A stretch of DNA of 63,345 nt, filler included, from Choristocarpus tenellus KU-1152 (taxonomy: Eukaryota > Protista > Phaeophyceae), in the NCBI GenBank assembly GCA_964200185.2. It is 10 parts of 10 records of this genome, joined end to end, with 100 filler letters (N's around TTAATTAATTAA, not from the genome) between each part and the next. Parts side by side here need not be neighbours in the genome. Positions count along the whole stretch, not along the records: positions 51,203 to 54,889 come from CAXNAD020018517.1; positions 54,990 to 59,564 come from CAXNAD020013952.1; positions 59,665 to 63,345 come from CAXNAD020018548.1; 7 more parts are not named here. One strand, written 5' to 3'. A program made the position numbers and the translations under genes. The notes beneath the pieces were generated by a model. The model was given only the letters and a program-made list of their open reading frames with translations. It did no database searches and had not been told where the DNA came from. Below, in pieces: positions 51,103-63,345 of the stretch; position 1 is the stretch's first letter, and each line of letters opens with the position of its first letter.

Positions 51103-51202
51103 NNNNNNNNNNNNNNNNNNNNNNNNNNNNNNNNNNNNNNNNNNNNTTAATTAATTAANNNNNNNNNNNNNNNNNNNNNNNNNNNNNNNNNNNNNNNNNN
51201 NN
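51103..51202. other. Artificial contig-joining linker
   Basis: Same cassette. Confidence 0.98.
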
Positions 51203-51224
51203 TCAGATGGGTGTTGATCCTCAC

Positions 51225-52738
51225 AAGTTCTTCCCTGGTCTCTTCCAGATCCTTCTTGGCTGAAGCCAGTTCATCCTCCAATGACACCAGGTTCTGATTG
51301 GCCTTAGAAAGGACATCTTGGACTCCTGTCGAGTTCTCCTTGGCTACTTCCAGGGCTTTTTCCGCCACTCTTGCCCGCTCCTCAACAATGTCCCGTCTCT
51401 CACCTTCTGCTTTCAGCTCCTTCCTGGTTGCCTCAAGTCCCTGCTCCACTGACCAAAGGGTGTGCTCAGTTGCAGATCGGGCTCGCTCTGAGTTTTCCAG
51501 AAGCACCTTTTTGGGAATACCATGTGTTTGGTTGTGGCCAGATAAGGGTGGTAGGGGGGTAGGGGGTATAGGGGAGGTATTGGAAAAGTGGCAGGTACAT
51601 GCTGGAAATCGTGGAGTGACTTGTAATGGGACAACCACAGAATTACAGCAGACTAACTGATGGCAGTATCCTGCTTCAAAGCAAAGTGTACACACTAACA
51701 TTCACAGTGGTGTACAATTTGACCATTAGGAGAAGTACTTGTTGGGTTCAGGTTTAAGTTATATCACTAGAGCTGGACATCGGTAAATTTTTTTTTAGCA
51801 CTTGCATGGACTCTGTAGTAATTGGAATCACTGCTTCTTGCAGACACAACCTCCTCAGGAGTGTAAATACTCAGGAGTGTAAATAGGTCCACTCTCACCA
51901 ACATCTCCTACACCTTCAACAGCAGAGACAAAAAACACTCAGTGAATACCTCATTCAACTCCTTCAGTGTTAACTCCTTTCCTATCGCCCCACTCCCCCC
52001 AATTTCGACATTGGCCTCTGCTATCCATGTAGACCTCATGTGACCCTCCCTACCCATAATGTCCCAATGTCACCTCGAGCTTTGCTCTTTCACGATTGGC
52101 TGCCTCTTCCTCCCGCCTAGCCTCTCGTGTAAGTTCATCCATACGCTCAAGGGCCTCTGCATCTTGTTCCAGCTGCATCCCACCAATATGCGAACATTGA
52201 AGTGGTGTAAGGAATGGACAGGATGGAAAAAAGTGAAAAAGAGAATTGATACGCAAACATCAAGAGCAGCGCAGCCAAGGACAAAAAAGTTGGACTTGAT
52301 TAGATGGGGGTAGGTAGGGAGGGTGGAGCAGTTTGAAGAGAGGTAGATGGCACAATTCTCCAATTCTCTAAAGCTACCCCTAACCCCAAGCCCTTTCCCT
52401 AACACTCTGCTGCAAGTCCCAAAATGGATTAAAACAACCATGTCCAATGTGACCAAAGGCATCCACATTACTCTGGAGTACATGACAAGATGACTCTCAC
52501 TGCTATTCTTGCAACAATCGACATTTTCTTTTTCTCATACACTCCACTGCTGCTTCTGTGCCATCTGTCTACATGCTGTTGTGTGACCATCTCTGAACCT
52601 CCAACCTCTCAACCACCCTCTTCCCACCCCACCTTCCCTCTGTCTCTGTGCACCTCTTGCATTTCTAACCTGCTCATTGAGTCCAGCACGCAGACGAATG
52701 CAGAGATTCTCTGCTCTTTCTCTTCGTGACTGCTCCAC
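51225..52738 (-). CDS. Long coiled-coil protein, internal exons
   Basis: Phase-0 exons 52738-52670, 52172-52074 and 51506-51225 encode E/K/R/A-rich heptads (LEQDAEALERMDELTREARREEEAANRERAKLE; ...LVSLEDELASAKKDLEETREEL). Further upstream exons are possible near 54340-54590. Confidence 0.7.
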
Positions 52739-54889
52739 CTGAATAGAGACTTCTGCCAGTGCCAATTTTTGCACCAATGATCTGGGCTGCTGCTGTAGTA
52801 GTCCGGCCAATCAGGAATGGGGGCATTGGGTGGAAAGGTTCATGATAACAAATCAGAAATAATATATTACAAGGAACAGCATCTAGAAGTACTCCACAGA
52901 GATATGGTAGGTTAGAAATAGCATATCTGGGGGGTTCAATTGTTGATACAAAATCAATACTATGGTACCCTTCCAATGGCAAACACATCGATAATTTTGG
53001 TACGGTATAGAACTCTCTACTGCAAGGCAGTAAAAGTTTGGCAGAGCATTCTTGGGGTAGAACGATCACTCTCGACTGTATCACCAAGTATATTAGGCAT
53101 GTCTACTACTCCAAATACAACAACCTGATAATACCGTACACCATATAGAGCTCTACCACATGAGTAGTATCAGAAAGGACCAGTACTTGCTGCACTGCTT
53201 CCTGCATACAAGTTATATGTAACTACACTGCAAGTTCAATAATAAGCAAAATACAGTTAATGCAGCAATTGGAACAAAATGTATTGATGCATCTCATACA
53301 TTCAGTATGAGAAATATGTTCCAACATGTTGCAGTATTGACGCTTTTAGTGTCGACTTTATACTCTGAAGTGTGCTTTTAGAGTAGTACCCTGTAAACAA
53401 GAGTATTCACAGACAGTGCTGCAGTACAATTCTGTGGTATGTAAATGTATTGCCGTATGCTCCACTATTTGGCCACTCGGTTCTGATACTCCATTGAATA
53501 CAATTGTGTTTTGCCAAGAAACTTTGGGTGTATTTTGTTCATCTGTATTCAGCACCAGATATTATAGACACTGCCTGATTTGAAATGTAGCAGCTTTGTT
53601 GTACCCAAAAACAAATCAGTACTTTCATTGATGTGTGCACAGTAATGTCTCGAAGGGTTCTTCAAGTATGACAACTTGGTTAGGTATGAGGGGTGTGGCG
53701 GAACTTTCCTGGAAAGATGCATGCGCTGGCAAACATTTTTCGCACCACCTGTGCACATGCCACTTCTTGCATCCTCAGTAGAAAATCAACGCACTGACTA
53801 AAATATTTTTATATTTACAAGCGTAACAAAGTATAAATGAGGGTATTCTCATTCTGAGGCAGGATTGCTTCAGACAAATGTAACCTACAATACGACACTG
53901 ATTCTTGGGAAGACTAGGGACCTGGGACACAGTGCTGTAGTCAAGTTTTTTGTACACGTAGAGAGTTTCAACAAAAGAACCATACTGTTCACCAATACAC
54001 AGCTCAAAATAGAAAATGAAGGCTGAAGCTCTACTCAATGTGGTGAACGCATTTTTATTAAATTGGTTTGCCAGCTCTTCCATTTTCATTCCAGGGAATA
54101 TGGCACACTGTGAACACAAATGAAAATGGGGCATAAAGGCTAAGAGCTGGTTGTTGGGGCTTCGTATGCAACTACCTCTACACGGATGTCAGAGTAAACT
54201 GTTGCATTTTACAGTTGGGTTAAGGATGTGGGGGATGCATGGCATATCTTATGATAATAAAAAAGGGGGAATAAATGCAGCTAGGCATCTCAATTCTTCA
54301 CCTGCCATTCCTCGTCCCCAGCCTTGGCCTCACACGCTACCTCAGCCCCCCTCCCAGCATGCAACTGATTTGTAGACTTGGTATCTGCAAGCTCGGGCTG
54401 GATGAAAACCTGCGCCATGGTCTCCTTCATATAATGGAGGATGGGAAAGGGCATACAGATGTGTTGTATTGAATCTTCAGGGTGGGAGGATGCAGCAAAG
54501 GGCATAGCACTGGACATGAGTTCATCATTGATTAGGGACACTGATCGCTGCGGATTTGGTGTTGTGCAAAGCTCTGTCTTTGGTCTTGGGATGAAAAAAG
54601 GTTACCTCACAAACCATTAATCAAAAGGGAAGCAAGATAATGTAACCGCCTGAAGGTTCCTGACTGCGAGGTTGAATTGTCCTCATATATTTCCCCTCAA
54701 CTTCATATACCGGCTTTCTCCACTAATTTCAATTCCGGACAGCAATATCAATCATGTCTCTAAACATTGCTAGCATTTCTTGCTCATCATTTCCCATCTA
54801 AATCTCCTCTAATGTGGGTCCCTCTTGCCCCCCCCCCCCCCCCCCCCCACCCCGTTTCCCCCATCCCCCAGTGACACTCGCCTCTCCCT

Positions 54890-54989
54890 NNNNNNNNNNN
54901 NNNNNNNNNNNNNNNNNNNNNNNNNNNNNNNNNTTAATTAATTAANNNNNNNNNNNNNNNNNNNNNNNNNNNNNNNNNNNNNNNNNNNN
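54890..54989. other. Artificial contig-joining linker
   Basis: Same cassette. Confidence 0.98.
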
Positions 54990-55148
54990 TGTGGTATACA
55001 TGCAAGGTTGGGTTAGGGTTAGGGTTAGGGATAGATGTGGTATACATGCAAGGTTGGGTTAGGGTTAGGGTTAGGGATAGATGTGGTATACATGCAAGGT
55101 TGGGTTAGGGTTAGAGTTAGGGATAGATGTGGTATACATGCAAGGTTG
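54990..55148 (+). repeat. 46-bp minisatellite containing (TTAGGG)3, 3.4 copies, truncated by contig start
   Basis: Unit TGTGGTATACATGCAAGGTTGGGTTAGGGTTAGGGTTAGGGATAGA at 54990, 55036, 55082 (1 mismatch) and partially at 55128. Confidence 0.95.
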
Positions 55149-57609
55149 AGGAGTACAGGAAGGGTATGACATATGCAACAAGAGAGCTCAAAAATGTATT
55201 AAAATGGAAGTCATGCAGGCACACACACACACACTCACACACTCACACACTCACAAAGGTATCCACAGATGCACACTACAGATAGGTACCTCTTGCAATC
55301 ATGGGAGCGAACACAGGTCAGTACAGTTACAGAATGCCCAACACAATCCTGGCCCTGGATTTTTCGCCAAAAGCACAGATTCAAGGCCAACAAAGCCCAC
55401 CCAACGCGCATAGCAAAAACAAAACAAAAAAACGTTCAACACTTTTGAAATCGTCGTGATTGTATTGCTCTGTGCCCCTAGCCTCAACCCTTGATTCTGA
55501 AGGGAAAATAAAAAAATTGTAGTCCTTGCCTGCACGTTATACAAAAGGCCATCGTCTGAACAGCCACACGCTGAGTGCAGTCACCGAGGGATGGAAGGCT
55601 CATGACGATATACAAAGTGGCAAGGAGCCACCAGCTTGGTTCAGAGGTCCATCCACGTTCCTGGACAGGTACCAGGGCAGTTCGGGGCAGAAATATTTTA
55701 GGTAGATGGATTAAACTGGAAGGAAGTAGAGCGACTGGCGGTGGGATGGCTGAACTCAATGCCTGTGAGAAAACAGTCTACTGCAAGGCATGCATGAGTG
55801 GGACAATGCAACTTTGTAGTGAACATTGGTAGATCGGGAGTTATAGTGTAGTATAGTGCCTTTGACCACGGGTCAGAACTAAGTAAGGTCGAGCTAGGTT
55901 CCAAATCCCAAATTAAAGAACATAAACACACTTATAATTAATATTAGGAACGGTGGAGAAGGCTCATTTCGGGACTCTAGGGGTGGTTGTGGGATCTCGA
56001 CTGGAGTTCGACCGAACTGCTGTTGGTTTCACTGTCAGACATTGTTGCCGAGAGACGTTACACAACAAATATCAAAGCGTAACGCTGCATCAGAGTTGAG
56101 ATCGTTCACTTATCTTCCAAAAACAGAAACCACTACCTACATAAAGCCAATCCACCAGGTGCTGAGAGCACTAAGGGCCCTTTTACAAGGTTGGATAGTA
56201 GATCCGTATGGACTTGCTTAGCAGATATTAGATATTCAAGTCCACAACTTCTTCTTCGTCAAGCAATGGTTGTTGATAGATAGTGAGAGGTTGATCATGC
56301 GTCTTCAAAATGCTCACCCTCATCAACCAAATGGCCTCGTGTAGAAACAGGCAACCAGATATCTTTGCCAAAGGTACGCCAAGCGGACGAGACATCCACC
56401 CTTCCACTGCTATTAGGAAGATACAAAAGAGATACACGTAGATGGAGTCTCGTACATCCTCAACATAACCTACGAAAGCAGATGGGTTCCTTCGTGAAGA
56501 ACGGACAAAGATCAGGATGGTGTGAATCCACGTGGCAGGGGGTCAGCAAGTGTTGGTGAACGTTCCATTCAAGGGTGAACTACTTCGACTTTGCTAATGA
56601 CTGCGACGGGTATGAAGCGCCAGATAAATAGAATGTCTCAGATATAAACCTCCTCCTAATCAGAGATAGTCTTCAATCTGCAGCATCACGAGGTCTCACT
56701 TGGGATGAGGCGGCTCCCATGCAAGGTTGGATTGGACATACGAGCCTGACCAGACATCAACAATGAATGCAGTCAAAGCATTCCACAGATCCATCGCCCA
56801 CATTGACACAGAGACAGACATTAAGCTGGGGGGTAATACTGGTCATCACCAGATGGAAATGCACTAAAGATTTGCCACAAACAATGGACCACACAGAGGG
56901 GGGTGAGGTTTCCAGGTAACTGTCGTGCTGAGCGAGAATCAACGTATCAAAATGTTGAACTAGTCAAATGTGTTCTACCTCCCACGGTAAATCGAAATAT
57001 ACTGTATACTGGTTCTGTTTAAGGTTAGGGAAATATAATCATGAAAATATCTCAACTTACCCCTCCATCTTCTGCAACCTCGATCGTCGAGCTGCGACTG
57101 TTCCATTGGCGCAGGCTCTACCCTGCGTTCCAACTGGAAAAGGAGAGGATCTGACTAAGCCTACGCTAGAATACACATGCACATCTAGGTAGAGAGCACT
57201 CCTGAGGCAGGTTTCGTTTGCGTAGCCACAGCTTTTGCTAGACCTCAAATCAACAAGGGTTAAGGGGAGAGAATTGCCTCCTTGCCATCAATCTGAACCT
57301 GATTCGAGAATCCCGGTGCTGACGACGAAAATGGACGGTAAGATTATACTTCTGTCCCACCAGCAGCTCATAACAATCGTGTCAATTTTGAAGAAGCGGT
57401 TATAGCTTGACATCTATGTGCACCTGACCAATGTTGTACTCTCAAGTGTTTGGTACTGTAGTTGAAGAGGACTCCGAACTTGCATGATCGATTTTCTCGC
57501 CACTATGCCCTGCTTTGCTTTCGTATAATCTCATATCACCCTTGCGTGCTCCTATGCATTCGGGAAAACCGACCCTGCGCTATGTGACCCTTGCCTCACA
57601 AAAAACACC

Positions 57610-57719
57610 ATGTCGTCAGGTTCAGGAGTGGCAGATGGATGCAACAGTCTTGTCGTGAGCCTCTTGGACTACGGAGCTGGAAATGTTAGGAGTGTCCGAA
57701 ATGCCATCGCTGCCCTCGG
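57610..57719 (+). CDS. HIS7: Imidazole glycerol phosphate synthase HisHF (bifunctional), exon 1
   Basis: ATG at 57610: MSSGSGVADGCNSLVVSLLDYGAGNVRSVRNAIAALG, then a GTGAG donor at 57720. LLDYGAGNVRSVRNA is the HisH glutaminase N-terminal signature of eukaryotic HisHF. Confidence 0.88.
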
Positions 57720-58835
57720 GTGAGACTGCAAGCCTTCAAGTCAAACACTACGGACCATTGATGCTTTCAGTGCATCGTTCCATTTTAGTTTGACCAATTT
57801 GCATCGGATTCTGTTGACCAACGACACTAGTTTTTATTGGGAATCGTTTTCCATTAGAATTTCATAAAACATTTTATGTTGACTTGGAACGTGTAGTCAA
57901 GGTTGATGCTTGCTATGTCGTGCTGACGAGTGCTTGCCTGGGTGAAAGGGTCTTTTGGCTGTCTGTTCAGAGAGGAATGCACTGTTAATCGGGCGGTTGT
58001 GTCGAGATTTCATAACCTTAGTTGCCGGGGATAGAACCTAGCAAATGAATACGCACTAGGCAATAGTTGTCGCCAATGTTTACATTCATGGTCATTAGGA
58101 AGGTGTGCAGCCAGCGGTACAAGGAAGAATGTATTGTGATGCTGCCACCTTTCTCCAAGCACTCGTGTTCATGATGTTATGGTTGCCATGGTTTGCCTGA
58201 GTACACATTTGCTAGAAGCAAGTTTTAAGTCGCCAGGATTTGACAGATTTTCAGCGTAAGGCTGACACCTTGACTCTGTACTCGAGACAACCAATTTAAT
58301 CGCAGATTGTTTTAGAGCCGTAATATGTGGCGTGGAGTGATGGTGGACTAAGGATGAATGCTGTGTGCAAATACCTTGGCAGTGGTTCACAATCCCAATC
58401 TGTGCATCATGCACAGCGTTGTCTAACATCACCCAGCTACTATTGCAGCTTCTCCTAAAGTTTGCTACAACCAGTAGTGTAGATTAACATCCCCAAAGGT
58501 TAGACCATGGCCTTAGGGCTAAGGGCATGGATTTGCTAGTGGTACTTCTCCTGTACTGCAGATCATTACCAGTGTCCTATCTCATGGTATAGACCATGAT
58601 TTTTGGAATAGTATCACGACTTTGAGGTTTTTTGTGGACAACAGCGCGGTTCTTGCGTGTCCTCTAAGAACATAGCAAAGTCTTGACCCTCCAGGATCAC
58701 CTCTCTACTTTTTCAAATCGTCAAGGCGGCGCTGATCAGAGTGTGTTCGTTGAATTGAGACAAAGCACTGGTGAAACCTCAACGAGCATTACGTACATAC
58801 CTTATATACGATTTCGCGTATCGTGGAAAGCTGTT

Positions 58836-58842
58836 GTGTGTG

Positions 58843-58887
<45 letters not shown>
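58836..58887. repeat. (GT)n microsatellite
   Basis: Directly visible; a second one lies at ~59143-59168. Confidence 0.93.
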
Positions 58888-58889
<2 letters not shown>

Positions 58890-59564
58890 CCAAGAGTTGT
58901 CGTAGGGGTCAAGAACAAGAGTTGTACCGGCTCGGCGGTGGCGTTTGCAAAACAGCTTGAAAATAAAATAAAAATAGTGTTACTCGTAATACCTTTTACC
59001 TTTGCCTAAACAGGATTCGCTTGAAGTGTCGTGTTTGTTTGCCTCCATGGACAGGTTCAAAAGAAAGACACAACACTTGCTGGGTGTTGCGGAATTCGGC
59101 TCAGGCGTTATGCTCAGAGTATCATTGTTTGTCAATATACTTGTGTGTGTGTGTGTGTGTGTGTGTGTTTACATATACTACACAGCACTGCGTAAGAAGA
59201 CGCCCAACGCCTGCTGCTGCTGGGTGCACTAGTTCGGATCAAAATTTGGTTCTCAGAACAGTTCTCAGAACGATTCCACCATTTTTCGGACGCGCTTGCT
59301 CTAGGGTTATAGGGCGAGGAGAAGCAATTCCACCCACGCCTTCTAGGTTTTTATCGTGGTTGGGGTTGAGAATAAGGTATTGTGCCTCACAACATTGATG
59401 CTCGTTGACGTTCCTGCTCACTGCGTGGTGAACTTGATGTAATTGGACGCAGGGGGGCGGGGGGAGGGGGGGGGGGGTAGATGTAATTGGACGTACTCTG
59501 TCAATGTTTTTTTAGACGTACTGTACCGGTGACAGTGTTACAGGCGCCCTTCGATGCTCACCTT

Positions 59565-59664
59565 NNNNNNNNNNNNNNNNNNNNNNNNNNNNNNNNNNNN
59601 NNNNNNNNTTAATTAATTAANNNNNNNNNNNNNNNNNNNNNNNNNNNNNNNNNNNNNNNNNNNN
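59565..59664. other. Artificial contig-joining linker
   Basis: Same cassette. Confidence 0.98.
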
Positions 59665-59707
59665 CCCAAAATGGATAGCCGCCACCCCCTCCCAGATACT
59701 TTGAGCC
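59665..59707 (+). mobile_element. MITE family B, right end at contig start
   Basis: cccaaaatggatagccgccaccccctcccagatactttgagcc matches the family right end. Confidence 0.85.
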
Positions 59708-61645
59708 TGGACTACCACGCCCTCAGTTCCTTTTTGGTGTTACCTCTTTTGATAAAGCGAAAAGCGAGACATTGACTGAGCTAAGCATCAAGTTGACACC
59801 ATACGTGGTTATCATCTGTGGACCCCCCTCGTAGCGTCGTTTTAAGGTCGTTGAATTTGAGTTGCATATCCTGTGGAGGTGAGTTCTGATTGGCGCCTAT
59901 AACACTAACTGGTGCGCGAGCTCCCTTCCTTTTTTCCCCCCAGCACAGCCCCCCCTACTACCAAAGGGCAGCTCTGTGTGTGTCAGAGGCCTGCAGTGCT
60001 TCATCCTGGTCACGGAAGGTTGAGTGTCAGGATTATGATCTCATAGGTCAACCAGGAGATCACCATAGGTTATCATATCGCCAGTAATCTCCAGAAAAGC
60101 TTGTCTATGTAGTCCGGGTGGTAGTCTGTTGCATTCCGTCACAGGAATGTCCAGGTTTAAACCCTGGTCAATATCAGATTTCCTTTTCTGGAAATTTGAC
60201 TTCGATGGTCCACATGGTCAGTGCATTGCGGAGGTGCACATATACCTTACTATCTTGCTCTAAACTGCAAGAGATGCGGAAGATGATAGAGTTGTTTTTC
60301 CTACATGACGATCCCTGAGGTATACCAAAAACTGGATCATGGTGGAGAAGGTACGTTGTCAACAGACAAGTATGCGCCAGATTTGAGAGAGGAGGCAAAG
60401 ATATGAACGGTGGAAGAGCTGAACCCAACCAGCGCTAGAAATATCAAGGCACACATGGTAGTGGAATTAGTTTCAGGGTAACAGTTCGTCTGTAGGGTAG
60501 AATTAGTGTAGTGTGCACTACCATCTCACCACAGGTCAATGGGGTTGGGTACAGTGAAAGAAGTGGAGAAGTTCCAGTCTAGGGTGAGCAAGCAATAACA
60601 ATAATGATGATAATAGATATGATACTGACAATGACAATGACAAAAAAAATAATATAACAGTGCTCAAAATCATAAAAATCGAGTTAATAACACTAACAAA
60701 AATAGTAACAGTAGTAATAACAATAGCATAAGACAATGACGGATCAAAGACAACAAGTCAAACAAGAGGAATCGGGTAGTATATTGCCACAGGGTAGTTC
60801 AGGATCTATGCACTAGATGCACTTTCAGTAGCAGTATTTGAAGCTGCCTAGGTACGATCCTTTGTCCTTGAATTTTCGAGTCTCCTTGATAACTTAAAAA
60901 AAAATGTGGGGTGGCACGAACTTCATGCCGAGTTTTGTAAGTAGCAGTCACCCCTTCACTCCACTCCCTATCCCAGTTGAAAACAAAATGACACATGAGG
61001 GTGGTCTTGGGTCCCTTCTTTTTACGTTCCATCTTCAAATTTCTCTCTTCGATCTTCGTCCTTTGCCCACGTGTGAGGACCACATGTGAGCACTTCGTAG
61101 TTTGAAGTAGGGGGTCCACCAACATACTGTTTTTCATTGTAAGCTCCAGGGGTTTCAAGCGCACCTCAAGACCCTTAGGGCTTAACTAAGCCAGCTCCAA
61201 CTCCTGTCCTTGTGGATCAAAGTGGATGGTGCTGCTGCCATGTTCATGATCTGGTCAACCATGAAACGACAGGAATCCGTACGGAGGAGCACGTAGGAAT
61301 TTCCCCTCAACTCTATTCCGGCCCATTTCTGACTGTTTCTGTGTCTCACATCACCATGATCGGAGTCATCTCTACCGCCTCTACTATCCCCACCACCGCC
61401 ACCATCATTGTCATCATCAACAACATCATAAATGTTGTCCTGTTGTCCTATCTGTAGACCTCATGGTGAGGACCCCCCTTTCGTCCGAACCAAGCCCGCA
61501 TCTGCATTGTGGTGAGTTGAAGAGCCTTTCCTGTACAAGGTGGAGTCAAAGTCAAAGTAATCGCGTTTTTAACGCTAACTTTACTGCCTCTCAGCTAAGG
61601 AAACTCTGAGGAATAAGAAATTGTAAATAATTTTTGACATATTTT

Positions 61646-61824
61646 GACCCAAAATATCTGGGGAGGGAGGGGGGTTCACACCAGGGTGTCCATTTGGCCC
61701 GTAACCAGGAAAAGTGCACTTACATTATCCATCTGAAGTATGCAACCAAATCACCCAAAAATCGTGACATGAAAAAAATGAACCCAAATGGACAGCCGAC
61801 ACCCCCTCGCAGGTACTTTGAGTC
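61646..61824 (+). mobile_element. MITE family B, full copy (179 bp)
   Basis: TIRs GACCCAAAATATCTGGGGAGGG ... CCCCTCGCAGGTACTTTGAGTC; internal GTCCATTTGG/CCAAATGGAC; flanked by TTT/TTT. Confidence 0.88.
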
Positions 61825-63345
61825 TTTTTTGTTGGTAAGAAATATCATGCAGTTTGTTAGGTAAGGTATGAATGGGTTGCGACCAGTGTCGAGGTGGGGT
61901 AAAGGATTTGTGATATAAAGACAGACTACAATGAATAAGGATATCACGTTGTCACATCTTCAAAAAATGGTATTATTGATAGGACCTGTTTGTACAAAGC
62001 TGAGTACTTTTGGTGCACAGTGATAGAAATCTCTGATCCCCTGGGCGTGGGGGGAATATTGCGTTCAATCACGCATGTAATTTATGCACTATCGTGGAAC
62101 AACTCCCCAGAATATCAATGCCCCTTCTGGTAAGGTCTGTAGATGTGGTAGTACAACATGCCTTAACCCTATCTATGGCATTGGTTGACCGGGTGGATGT
62201 CGATGCATGCTTCGCCGCTTATGTGCACAGACTTTTTATATGCGTTTGCTCTGTTAAAACATGAATGGAACATCTTACTGTGTAGCAGTCCATGCATGTA
62301 GTGTCAACACTCGAGTCATCAAGTACTCTGTACTGTTTGAACCAATTCTCAAAGTTTCCTCGATGAGAGGGGTATGACAACAGTGTTACGGTGGTGTTGT
62401 TACACCTTGTCGTGATTTCGCCGAGTTGTGTTCGGAAATATTGTTCACCCAAATGTATTAACAATGTTTTGAAGAAATCTTCCCCTCTTTGAAGTTCCTA
62501 AAATTCTTCAGTGTGTTTGTGATTTGGTGCTTGACAGTGCTGTGTCCTTTTGCCGCATATATGTGAGCTGTTCGCGTTATGTTTTCATGGTGGCGTTCTG
62601 TGCAAAACCAAAAGAGGCTACGACAAGCATTCAATGAAGCTTTCTGAACGATAGGCGGTGGTGTGATTTGCCGCCACCTTTCTTTGTAGAGTAACTACCG
62701 GCCACTCTGGTAGTAGATCCCTCAGTTGGTACCCTTGTGAACTTCTCTCCTGTTCTCTATCGTCACTATCTTCTTGGTGACAACAAGGTTCCTCCAGATG
62801 GGCAGGTCAGAGGTGAGCTTTCAGAGGTGAGCTTTTAAATTGGTACACCTACCTACTACTTCAGTGAAGAAGATGAAGAAGATGGTAGCAACAACACGCA
62901 TTTGTGGAAGGCCCTGTTCACCCTCGAACCAACCTCTGTACTCGACATCATTTATGCGAATAGATCTTAGTACAGTCATACCAGATGAACATACATACTA
63001 CCATCTCTTCTACTACTATAGGAACAAAAAGAGAAGGCTTACTGCAAGTTCATTGCTGAAGACGAGAAATGCGAAAAATTCTGGAAAGGACAATCAGACA
63101 CTTAAAACTCTTTTTTGGAACTTGTAAACGTAGTTTAAAATATAATTCTATTAGTGTGAAACAGGTGGAAACAGCCGACAGGTTCTTCGTAATGAAGGGG
63201 AGCGGGAAGACCCACAGGAGGAGGACAAATCAAAGAGAGACAAGGTCAAAGAGGGAGAGCAATCCCTCTCAGAAGTTAACTCAGGAAAAGAGTCAACAGG
63301 CAGGAAGAGTGAAGGAAGGGGGATTTGGAGGGCAGTCCAAATCAC

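Noticed and set aside
55400-57500. Possible minus-strand gene divergent from HIS7
   Set aside because: Several exon-like segments exist, but I could not join them in consistent phase or recognise a domain.
7704-59664. Recurrent TTAATTAATTAA palindrome and ORFs ending in XXXX-LIN
   Set aside because: Artificial six-frame-stop linker between contigs; not biological.
60300-63345. EF-hand-like peptide (VYQKLDHGGEGTLSTD) and other short ORFs in the last contig
   Set aside because: Isolated, with weak consensus and no supportable gene model.

Overview
This is eukaryotic, intron-rich genomic DNA, not a prokaryotic locus. It consists of 10 unrelated contig pieces joined by nine identical artificial 100-nt linkers (44 N + TTAATTAATTAA + 44 N), so nothing can be inferred across the linkers. 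The gene content (flagellar RSPH14, ARSB-like sulfatase), the 0.1-2 kb introns, the close head-to-head gene pairs and the TTAGGG motifs suggest a brown alga or related stramenopile; this is inference only. I reconstructed these phase-consistent GT-AG gene models by hand: a protein with tandem bacterial-type SH3 (SH3b-like) domains, a head-to-head pair of paralogous ankyrin genes (one adding two WW domains), a putatively myristoylated cNMP-binding protein, RSPH14/RTDR1, a membrane-anchored ARSB-like sulfatase, an NDUFAF4-like protein, an FBXO9-like F-box protein, a coiled-coil fragment and exon 1 of HIS7 (HisHF). The mobile DNA comprises two decayed Ty1/copia elements, two RTE-like LINE remnants, two related MITE families (9 and 6 copies) sharing the same termini, a hAT-like element and several foldback elements. 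The most unusual observations are the spliced SH3b-repeat gene, intronic repeat arrays seeded from exon/5'-splice-site junctions (two independent cases), the MITE system with a chimeric foldback derivative, the ankyrin paralog pair and a TTAGGG-containing 46-bp minisatellite. I found no CRISPR array, rRNA or tRNA. All family assignments come from motif recognition by eye, without database searches.
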